The notes beneath the pieces were generated by a model. That model searched no databases and was not told the origin of the DNA. It saw nothing but the letters and a program-made list of their open reading frames with translations. The translations under genes and the position numbers were made by a program. 10,803 bases of DNA from Octopus sinensis (lineage: Eukaryota), in contig NW_021827280.1 of the NCBI RefSeq assembly GCF_006345805.1, positions 1 through 10,803 of the forward strand, written 5' to 3'. Positions 1-8,510 of the stretch are shown in pieces (position 1 is the first letter of the stretch; every line of letters starts with the position of its first letter).

Positions 1-10
1 CTATCTCTCT

Positions 11-183
11 ATCGCAATACCAGGGGCGCACGCAACATCCTACCCTGATGTAAATCTCCAGGGATACAGGCATCCAGCAACAGGACCTCCGTAATGCCAT
101 GATGGACCGTGAAGTCTGGCGTAGCATGGTTAAATTCCATTGTCTCGACCACGGGTCGAACAATTGAACAATGATGAGATGAT
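11..183 (+). mobile_element. 3' terminal fragment of an RTE-like non-LTR retrotransposon
   Basis: Frame from 60 reads RDTGIQQQDLRNAMMDREVWRSMV, matching the A-x-x-DR-x-x-WR C-terminal motif of RTE-group ORFs. It is followed by a hairpin (TCGACC-ACG-GGTCGA, 145-159) and a short TGA-rich tail (172-183). Confidence 0.65.
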
Positions 184-219
184 CTCTCTTTCTCTCTTTC
201 TTCCTCTCTCTCTCTCTCT
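184..219. repeat. (TC)n/polypyrimidine microsatellite
   Basis: Directly visible imperfect TC repeat. Confidence 0.9.
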
Positions 220-419
220 AGCAAATACATCGAAGCACTAAAGAGACGTCTCAACATACAATGTAACTTCAGGTGCATACACCTATACATACCTGAACAA
301 ACCAATTCAAACACATATTTTGCAAAACCGCGAACTGTCTTAACTTGAAAAAGTCTTGTCATTTTGTTGGCAACTAGCTTCAACTGCAGCAAAAGAAAAT
401 AACAAGACATAAAACATAC

Positions 420-590
420 AACACACACATATATATATATATATACATACTTATACATAAGTATATATGAATATATATAGATAGATAGATAGATATCATA
501 TAATCTGTGTGCGTTGTTGTATTATATATATATATATATATATTATATGCGCGTAGGTGTTGATATCAATTTATATAGTGTGTGTATATA

Positions 591-629
<39 letters not shown>

Positions 630-658
630 GTGTGTATAATATATATATATATATATGA

Positions 659-713
<55 letters not shown>

Positions 714-1035
714 AGAGAGAGAGAGAGAGAGAGAGATAGATAGATATATAGATATACACATAATCTGTGTGCGTGTATGTATATATATATATATATATAT
801 TATGTATATATATATTAATAAATAAATAAAACATATGCATATATATAAAAATATATGTACGTACCTACCTCTATACACATATATAAATTGATAGCAACAC
901 CTACGCGCAATATATATATATATATTATATATATATATATATATAAACATAAACACATAGGCATACAGATGTATGCATGCGTACAGACATTCTGTATATA
1001 CATGCCTGTGTGTGTATGTGCGTGTGTGTGTGTAT
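420..1035. repeat. Compound microsatellite block: (TA)n, (GATA)n, (GA)n, (TG)n
   Basis: Directly visible. It accounts for the Y/I-rich ORFs in the track. Confidence 0.95.
548..909. repeat. 30-bp inverted repeat pair (548-577 / 880-909) inside the TA microsatellite block
   Basis: 548-577 TGCGCGTAGGTGTTGATATCAATTTATATA versus the reverse complement of 880-909 TGCGCGTAGGTGTTGCTATCAATTTATATA (1 mismatch). Confidence 0.9.
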
Positions 1036-1719
1036 TAAAGTAAGAATGTTTAATGCGTGCATGTATGACTTTATCTCAAGCATGTAGGTGTGGTGAAAGT
1101 TTAAATGGCTCTAAAATTATTCCTGACCACTTTCTGTTCCTTTTTTCCACTTTCTGATCATCCTAACACTTTCTTCTCCTCTTCCCGCCACTCTTGTCTC
1201 ACTGTCCACGCATTTATCCAAATTACTTTCTTTTATAGTGCTGACCTCTTCACCTTCAGCTTAGCACCATGCCAGCTGCGTACGTTCATTGTTGTCCAGT
1301 AGACGGCGCTCTGGTCAATTGAAAGTCGGGTCTTGACCCGAGCACAAGCTTGTCTGACCACCGTCCCCATCTACTCGCCAAGATTACTATACTACCATAG
1401 CTCACCCCCGCCGCCTTCCCCCCTATCAATACAACCCCATCCCTCCAATCGCCATCTCCACCTGCTTATTACCGTCACTATCACCGCCCGCCTATGATGA
1501 CCACCACCACCACTTTTCCATCCATCTACCTCTAACTCTTCTCATTGTTTCTTTAAACGAGTTTTGTAGCTTTCTTTGTTCGTAAAGTCCTTCCCCCTCC
1601 TCTTACTACTCTCTTCTCTGCAACTACGTCACTGTTACTGCTAACTTTTATGGTCGTCTCCATCAGCACTTAACCAACAGCGACACTAATCCTTGCCTTC
1701 ACCACACACATGCCATCTG

Positions 1720-2136
1720 CATCCACATCATCATCATCGTTGTCATCGCCATTGTCGTCATCATCATCGTCGTCGTCGTTATCATCAAATCATCACCATA
1801 ACCACACCATCACTACCGTTATCATTGTCATCGTCATCGTCATCACCACATGACCCCCCCCCCACCACCATCATCATCATCATCATCCACTGGTCATAGG
1901 CTCGAGAACAGAGAGTGCATAAGGTGGAAGCACCCCCTTACACCTTTTTGGCTGGGTGGGGGCAATGAAAATGACTTGAACAACCTGGGTTGGTCCTGGG
2001 TTTGCATTCCTTGAGCAAATTTCGTTACCACCATCATCATCGTCATTTCATCATCAAATCATCAGCATCACTACCAACACTCCCACCGTACCACAATATA
2101 ACCAGCATCGCTATCCTCCTCCTCCTCCTCCTCCCC

Positions 2137-2181
<45 letters not shown>

Positions 2182-2182
2182 A
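1720..2182. repeat. (CAT)n/(CGT)n/(CCT)n trinucleotide low-complexity region
   Basis: Imperfect CAT/CGT runs at 1720-1890 and a pure (CCT)n followed by (CAT)n at about 2114-2181. Confidence 0.9.
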
Positions 2183-2824
2183 TATAACTATCTTATGTCA
2201 TCACCTTTGAACATTATCACTAGCACTACCCCAACAACAATAAAAACAACAAAAAGATCACCGTCCACACGCATCCCCTCCTAAATTCGAAACTGTTCAA
2301 CGACAGCGCCATTGTGTCACTATCAATAAGAACGGTAATGTGACTAAGCAAAGCCACCTGAAACTCCAGCCGAAGATGTTATAATCCTCTATTACCACCA
2401 GTCGTAACAATAGCGTGAGAAAAGAAAAGGGAACCCTTACCGATAGACCCACTAAAAACAGTAACCAAATCCCTCCCAAATCATACCGTCTTGAATGAGG
2501 AAACAGTTACACTGGATAATATGATCATAGATACCTCTAAACTGACGGCGTAAAATGTATACTAACAACAACAACAACAATACTATTAACAACGGCAGCA
2601 GCGAACCAACGAAGGAATAAAATATAACAGCCAAACCGAACAACACTCTTAAAGAACTTCTTAAAAAGAAGAAGAAAAAAAAACACATTAGATTTTAAAA
2701 GCAAAGACGCCACGGATGGAACGCCATTAATTAAAGGTTTGTCTGACAGCAATTTCATCAACTCCAACATTATTAAACTACCTTACGCACAGAAACCTCA
2801 TTAAACAGGGAAGGGTTTGATATA

Positions 2825-3055
2825 CCTATTTCTTTACTACCCACAAGGGGCTAAACACAGAGAGGACAAACAAGGACAGACAAACGGATTAAGTCGATTA
2901 TATCGACCCCAGTGCGTAACTAGTACTTATTTAATTGACCCCGAAAGGATGAAAGGCAAAGTCGACATCGGCGGAATTTGAACTCAGAACGTAGCGGCAG
3001 ACGAAATACCGCTAAGAATTTCGCCCGGCGTGCTAACGTTTCTACCAGCTCGCCT
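2825..3055 (-). mobile_element. tRNA-derived SINE (full length), cephalopod-type, with a conserved central core
   Basis: The minus strand begins AGGCGAGCTGGTAGAAACGTTAGC (A-box-like) and has B-box GAGTTCAAATTCC (2985-2973). The core GCCTTTCATCCTTTCGGGGTC...AGTAC resembles the Meta-SINE-type conserved domain (from memory). Internal hairpin GTCGAT-TAT-ATCGAC (2893-2907). Flanking direct repeat TATACCT at 2821-2827 and 3055-3061. Confidence 0.85.
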
Positions 3056-3257
3056 ATACCTGTATTTTTCTATGTCGTTCAAATACATGCTACTGGCCAC
3101 TCTGAAATGCAAATTACCTGAGCAATAAATGTCCTCTACTCTTTTTTTGTATAAACCTGTCCCTTGGCCACCAGAGATAGTGTCGAACAACTGTCGTGTC
3201 GATGATGGTTATTTAACCAAAAACACGAGCCCACGATTTTCCTCTTATCTCCAGACA

Positions 3258-3329
3258 ATGATGATGATGAGGATAGTGATGAGGAAGATGATTATAATGA
3301 TGAAGATGATAATAATGATGATGATGATC

Positions 3330-3368
<39 letters not shown>
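3258..3368. repeat. (ATG)n microsatellite
   Basis: Directly visible. It produces the poly-Met in ORF 3129..3476. Confidence 0.95.
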
Positions 3369-3400
3369 GTGAATTTTTCCTTAATGGTACGTCAACTATT

Positions 3401-5249
3401 GCTTGGGCTGAATTCAAAAATCTGGATTCGACTGCAGCTTTTGAGGTGTACAAAACACAACGAGACCGAGCCGTGAAAATTGAAAAGAAAGAACGCTTCA
3501 GTTATGAATACAAAATCGCGGCAAATGCCAGTAGCAATCCACAAAACCTTCTTCGTCGCCCATGTCCAGGAATTCCCGCTGAACAACCAGATTGCAACGT
3601 TGGTAGACTCAACAGGCGTATCGATTGAGGACCCTTATCAACAGAGTCAATTATTGCCGAGGCTTTTTCAACTATTTTCAAACAAGATGATGGTCGTGAA
3701 CCCCCTCCATTTGATAGATCGGTACCTCCAATGCTTCGATTGGTCATCACGCGGGACGAAGTCAAACGTGTTATTCAAGGCCTCGATGTCAACAAGGGTC
3801 ACGGCCCTGACTGCATACACCAACGGGTTATCAAAGCGTTGGCTCCGGTCATCTGCGAGCCCTTAACGCGACTATTCAATATGTCATTGGCGACGGGTGT
3901 TATACCTGCAGACTGGAGAACAGCGATAATCTGCCCAATTTTCAAGAAAGGGAGCCGCGAAGACCCGCTTAACTACCGACCGGTTTCCCTTACATCAATA
4001 ATCAGCAAGATGTTCGAAACCATCCTTAAGAAAAGTATGATGCTCCCCTCCTAAACACAGCCTCTATCTCTGATTCCCAACACGGCTTCGTGCCGAAGAG
4101 ATCATGCTTGAACAACTTACTAGTAATGGAAGAATTGGTGACGCGCATCCTCGATGATAGTGATGCTGTTGACATCGTTTTACTGGACTTTGCCAAAGCT
4201 TTTGACTCGGTAAACCACCGCCTATTACTTGTCAAGCTTCAAGCATATAGTTTCCATCCGATATGTACGATGGGTTGGTGCCTTCCTCTCAGATCGCTTC
4301 CTTCCAAGTCCAAGTTAATGGTTCGCGGTCCGACGTCTCCAGTGCGAGCAGTGGCGTGCCTCAAGGTTCAGTGCTTGGGCCCTTGTTGTCCTAATCTTCA
4401 TAAATGACTTGCCCGACGACCTCACGCAACACACCCTCTATTTGCCGACGATATCAAATGGTCCGCTCCTCGCGGTAATATAGAGGATCTTCGTCGATAC
4501 CTCCACCAAATTTGGAAGTGGTCTAACGATTGGGACTGTGTCTGAACGTGTCAAAGTGCTGTCATCTGCTGTCGGCTCTACTCCTGCAACTCAACTTGAT
4601 TTCGAGCCGGGTCGTCTGCTGCTGGAGAGGACCGATCAGGTAAAGGACCTAGGTATCTTGGTGGATTCCTCCTTTTCGCCTTCGGCCCAGTGCGTCCATC
4701 CATGCTGCCAACAAAGCACGCGGAATTCTGTTCTTGATTCGACGGTCATTCGGAATGCTCACAGCAGCCATATTCCTACCACTCTATGTCACGCTGGTGA
4801 GACCCATATTGGAGTATGGGTTCAAGCCTCTTCTCCTTATCTCCTCAAAGACATACAGCATCTCGAAAGAGTCCAGAAGCTGGCTACCCGCATGGTTCAT
4901 GGTCTCAAAAATTTGTCCTACGAAGAAAGGCTGAGGACGCTCGACCTTTATTCTCTTGAAAAACGCCGCCGCCGCCGTAGTGATCTCATTCTCGCCCACA
5001 ACATCATAAGCGGAAAGTGGTACCTCTCTCGAAAGAGCGGTTCTTCACTCCTGCTCCAGAGCGTCGGCTGCGGGGTCATTCCGAAAAGCTCTACCTGCGA
5101 CGATTTATCTCATCGAAGGAGAGGAGCTTTCTCTCCGTCCGGGTTGCGGATCCGTGGAACAAGCTGCCAGACGAGATGGTAAAGATGCCGACGACCCGCT
5201 TTGGTTCAAAGCCTCCCTGGACCTCAAGTGGCCTGAACTCTTTACATGA
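3401..5249 (+). pseudogene. Frameshifted LINE ORF2 reverse transcriptase (endonuclease absent because of 5' truncation)
   Basis: Motifs in order: KGHGPDCI, IPADWRTAIICPIFKKG, NYRPVSLTSIISKMFE, QHGFVPKRSC, LDFAKAFDSV, SGVPQGSVLGP (4350-4382), catalytic FADD (4441-4452), VKDLGILVD, LERVQKLATRMV, LSYEERL, RGHSEKL, SVRVADPWNKLP. Many frameshifts. Confidence 0.93.
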
Positions 5250-5342
5250 ACACCACCCTGTACTTAACTCCATGTCCCCCTACATGGCCTTGCTATTTGC
5301 TTTTGAGCCAAATTAACTAACTAACTAACTAACTAACTAACT
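3401..5342 (+). mobile_element. 5'-truncated LINE of the CR1/L2 (Jockey-group) type with (TAAC)n tail
   Basis: Continuous ORF2 homology across frames, stop at 5247-5249, a short 3' UTR, then (TAAC)n at about 5314-5342. The 5' boundary is approximate. Confidence 0.92.
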
Positions 5343-6142
5343 TTGAAGAATTCTCGAATTTTAAGATTATCTCCCCTTCACAAGTGAAACTGATCTTAAT
5401 TGCCATTCGGTAATTATGATACGTTTTCTCTAGAGACAGAGATGATCTTAGTGAATAAAGGATTTATGCTGTATGGTATTTGCGATACTTATATTTGGTT
5501 TTTAGGTTGTTCGATATACAACTTTGCCGGATATCCGGCACGGTGTACCCCAGTGATGAACTGGTGCATACAGAAGGTTTCAGTTGAAGGTTTTCATGGA
5601 CAGGTAATTCTAGAAACGAGCGTTGTCGCCATTAGTAAACCAAGAAAGTTGAATCAATTATAATTGTACATTTACTGATTTCAACAGATCATTATATTTA
5701 AATGACTAACTCTGGCTAAAAAAGGACGAATGTGACTGCGCTGAAATTTTAATTGTATTCAATTAATTAAAAATAGGTTGTAGTAGAGTATCTGGTCTTC
5801 AGCAGAGGCCGAAATGTAAGTGGTGCTCTCACTGGCCGCTGCCAGGACGAATTTTCCACACTGATAGTTGTTTTTAACACAAGTCTATAAGAGGTGTATT
5901 TCAGAACAAACACTGCTGTAACAGACCTATAGACTGTACATATGCATTAAATGAGTGTAGGACAAAAGTCCCTTAGGACAAAAGTCTCTTAGAGCAAAAG
6001 TCCCTTAGGACAAAAGCCTCACAGAAAAAGCTCCTCGGACAAAAGCCCCATAATTAAAGTGTGAAAGTGGGCAAAAGCCCCACGGTTATATTTTTCAGTT
6101 ATATATATATATGTTTTTTACCTTTTATTTGTTTCAGTTATA

Positions 6143-6574
6143 GGATCTTTTCGGTTTGAACGGCAGTTTTTAACATAATTTCTAGGTAACTAAAAAGTTT
6201 TAAACTTCCTATACTGGTGGAATGTGTTTATAAAACATCTTTTTCTCTTGGCTTTATAGTGAAAATTCTATAGTTTGTAAGATATTTGTTGTTTTTTCTT
6301 CAATTTCTGCAATTTCAACCAATCACTGACATCCATTGAGGTAAAAAAGAACATTCTGTTCCGCATGAATATGTCCCTCGTTTAAGAAACAGATTGGATT
6401 TATTTACATTTGAGAAGAAAAAAATATACCCTTCCCCCCACCCCTAACTAACCCTAACTAACCCTAACCCTAAAACAGATTGAAATGAATTAGATCGATA
6501 CTAGGGTCATAATTATGGGTGACAATTTCATATGACACCGCTAGTAAAAACTGCCGTTCAAACCGAAAAGATCC
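6143..6574. mobile_element. MITE (432 bp) with perfect 30-bp TIRs, nested in the left TIR of the MULE-like element
   Basis: GGATCTTTTCGGTTTGAACGGCAGTTTTTA at 6143-6172 and its exact reverse complement at 6545-6574. Flanks CAGTTATA (6135-6142) / CAGTTATT(A) (6575-6583) give an 8-9 bp target-site duplication (TSD). Confidence 0.92.
6442..6473 (-). repeat. Telomere-like (TTAGGG)-related repeat inside the MITE
   Basis: CCCTAACTAACCCTAACTAACCCTAACCCTAA on the + strand. Confidence 0.85.
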
Positions 6575-6657
6575 CAGTTATTAGACTGTGGCCATGCTGG
6601 AACACCGCCTTGAAGAACTTTTAGTTGAACGTAGCGACCCCAGAATTTTTAAATTTT

Positions 6658-6745
6658 TATTTTTACTTGTTGCAGTTATTTGGTTGCGGCATGATGGGGC
6701 ACCGCCTTGAAGAATTTTTAGTCGACTGCATCGATCAGCACTTTA
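6658..6745. repeat. Tandem extra copy of the SINE-like segment found in the TIR
   Basis: TTTTACTTGTTGCAGTTATTTGGTTGCGGCATGATGGGGCACCGCCTTGAAGAATTTTTAGTCGA is similar to 6123-6142 joined to 6583-6630, and to the reverse complement of 7218-7285. Confidence 0.8.
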
Positions 6746-7397
6746 AAATTTAGATTTAAAGTCTTTTGTTTTCTTCTCTCAGCACTTGCAGATTAATAAG
6801 AATGAGCTGACCTTTTGAACTTTCTCCGCCCGTTGAAGATCTAACAGAATTATGGCGCCGAAGCCTAGTCGTTCAAACCTATTTCTTATCGTTTCTATCT
6901 ATCTACACGTTTCTTGAAGTAAATGTTTTTCCCTTTTGTTAGAATTCAGACAATATATACATTGAGTAGTGAAGAGTCTTATGTTCTATTATTGTATTAT
7001 TTTCGGTTGAATATATTTTGTTCTCTTAAAAATCGGAATTTTGGAAAATAAAAGCTTCTTTTTTTACAACAGCGATTTCCGTTTTTGTTTAAGTAAAATT
7101 ATTTTTAAAAAATATTTTAAAGATTAGGCTGTTATTTCTAGCATGTGGAGAGACCTTCTCGGCTTAACTTCATGTGCTGGTTGAAAATCATCTAAAAAAG
7201 ATTCTGGGGTCCATACAATCGACTAAAAATTCCTCGAGGTGATGCCCCAGCATAGCCACAGCCTAATGATTGCAACGAGTAAAAAGAAAAAAAAAACGAT
7301 AAAAATAACCGAAAAATATAGCCGTGGGGCTTTTGTCCGTGGGGCTTTTATCCTAGGGGGCTTTTGTCCGGATCCCACATTAAGTATATAGAGACGA

Positions 7398-7426
7398 ACA
7401 CACACACACGCACGCGCGCACGCACA

Positions 7427-7457
<31 letters not shown>

Positions 7458-7459
7458 CA
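7398..7459. repeat. (CA)n microsatellite
   Basis: Directly visible. Confidence 0.95.
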
Positions 7460-7600
7460 TTTTCTCAGTCCTTTCTGTCGAAGAGCATCGGATCGAAACG
7501 TCAAAGACTTTTCCATTTTTCCTGAGCGTCAAACTTAGTACATCTTGCTAGTTGTTTCCTCACATGTCACTGTCTTTTGTTTTTGTACATTTGAATCATA
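7460..7600 (+). mobile_element. Short hammerhead-bearing repeat (putative Penelope-like pLTR/retrozyme-type fragment), copy 1
   Basis: Homologous to the reverse complement of 8198-8258 joined to 8511-8580 (GAAACGT-AAAGAC...TTCCTGAGCG...ACATCT...GTCTTTTGTTT). Contains a hammerhead-like motif and is bounded by microsatellites. Confidence 0.65.
7467..7509 (+). ncRNA. Minimal type I hammerhead-ribozyme-like motif, variant core
   Basis: AGTC(C)TTT-CTGTCGA-A-GAGC ATCG GATC-GAAAC-GTC-AAAGACT. Stem I is AGTC.TTT/AAAGACT, stem II has one mismatch, then GAAA, palindromic ACGT and a putative GUC cleavage triplet at 7500-7502. Confidence 0.55.
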
Positions 7601-7849
7601 TATCTATCTATCTATCTTTCTCTCTATCTCTCTCACACTCAGTCTGTCTGTCTTAGAATTACTAATTACCTAGGGGCATGAATCGAAACATATATGTAGA
7701 TTTTGGGCATCTGCCATTTCTTTTAGAGCTTTATAATTTATAATTTATTTGTATTGTTTTTATAAAAAAAAACTTTCAACCTCAGTATATCATACAAATA
7801 TATTATCTAAGCATCCATAATTCTCCATTTTCTTCCTTGCGTCATATAT

Positions 7850-8127
7850 ATCACCGTGATCACCGTGACCGACCAGGCTATCAGATGTTGCTACACATCG
7901 CTGGTCAGAATGCGCTTCGCATTGTTTTAATCTTCAAATGATGCCACCCCGCTGGCTAAGCGAGCAGGCCAACAGAAGGAAGAGTGAGAGAAAGTTGTGG
8001 CGAAAGAGTACAGCAGGGACCGCCATCACCCCTTGCCGGGGCCTCGTGGAGCTTTAAGTGTTTTCGCTCAGCGAATCGAAATCGCGACCCTACGACCGCG
8101 AGTCCGCTCCCGAAACCACTGGGCCAT
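7850..8127 (-). mobile_element. tRNA-derived SINE, second family
   Basis: Minus-strand head ATGGCCCAGTGGTT (A-box TGGCCCAGTGG) ... GATTTCGATTC (degenerate B-box). The 3' end is a tandem 9-mer (TCACGGTGA)x2 at 7851-7868. Flanking direct repeat TCATATATA at 7842-7850 and 8127-8135. Confidence 0.8.
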
Positions 8128-8142
8128 CATATATACATAATA

Positions 8143-8143
<1 letters not shown>

Positions 8144-8197
<54 letters not shown>
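8144..8197. repeat. (TA)n microsatellite
   Basis: Directly visible. Confidence 0.95.
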
Positions 8198-8201
<4 letters not shown>

Positions 8202-8258
8202 GGAAAGTTTACGAAAATAAACAAAAGACGAAGACAGGGGTGTACAAAACAAACAGAT

Positions 8259-8290
<32 letters not shown>

Positions 8291-8510
8291 ATTTGGCTCA
8301 AAAGCAAATAGCAAGGCCATGTAAGGGGACATGGAGTTAAGTACAGGGTGGTGTTCATGTAAAGAGTTCAGGCCACTTGAGGTCCAGGGAGGCTTTGAAC
8401 AAAGCGGTCGTCAGCATCTTCACCATCTCGTCTGGCAGCTTGTTCCACGGATCCGCAACCCGGACGGAGAAAGCTCCTCTCCTTCGATTGAGATGAAATC
8501 GTCGCAGGTA
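8259..8510 (-). mobile_element. ~250-bp 3' fragment of the same CR1/L2-type LINE family as 3401-5342
   Basis: Near-identical reverse complement of 5092-5342, including the (TAAC)n tail. Reads in one frame YLRRFHLNRRRGAFSVRVADPWNKLPDEMVKMLTTALFKASLDLKWPELFT*. Confidence 0.95.

Larger units (their letters stand above)
5953..7376. mobile_element. Non-autonomous Mutator-like (MULE/foldback-type) DNA transposon with long TIRs and tandem GGACAAAAGCCCC subrepeats
   Basis: Left end GAGTGTA-GGACAAAAGTCCC... with about 7 copies of a ~15-bp unit. The right end in reverse complement reads GGGATCC-GGACAAAAGCCCC... with 3 copies. Arm homology continues (CCCCACGGYTATATTTTTCRGTTAT... to GACCCCAGAAT). Imperfect 9-bp flanking duplication GCATTAAAT (5944-5952) / ACATTAAGT (7377-7385). 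No transposase ORF seen. Confidence 0.8.

Noticed and set aside
9-1043. ORFs 9..458, 543..956, 571..840, 815..1003, 855..1043
   Set aside because: Translations of (TA)n/(GA)n/(TG)n repeats or antisense to an RTE fragment. No protein-like composition.
1326-1341. Perfect small inverted repeat TCGGGTC-TT-GACCCGA
   Set aside because: Only a 7-bp stem with no associated element ends. Compatible with chance.
1693-2187. His-rich and Ser-rich ORFs
   Set aside because: Products of (CAT)n repeats. No splice or domain evidence.
2970-3055. tRNA gene (also 8070-8127)
   Set aside because: Only Pol III box-like motifs attached to SINE bodies. No complete cloverleaf.
3129-3476. Poly-Met ORF
   Set aside because: (ATG)n microsatellite running into the LINE out of frame.
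5400-5663. 87-aa ORF downstream of the LINE
   Set aside because: No recognisable motif and a non-ATG start. A short hidden exon cannot be excluded, but nothing supports it.
5785-5829. Hammerhead-like fragment (GGTCTT-CAGCA-GAGGCC-GAAATGTA with a flanking stem)
   Set aside because: The CUGANGA core is missing. At best a dead remnant.
5960-6085. Regularly spaced GGACAAAAG repeats as a possible CRISPR array
   Set aside because: ~15-bp tandem units without unique spacers, in a eukaryotic context, and mirrored at 7324-7369 as TIR subrepeats.
6442-6473. True telomere or chromosome-fusion site
   Set aside because: Only ~32 bp, degenerate, and enclosed within MITE TIRs.
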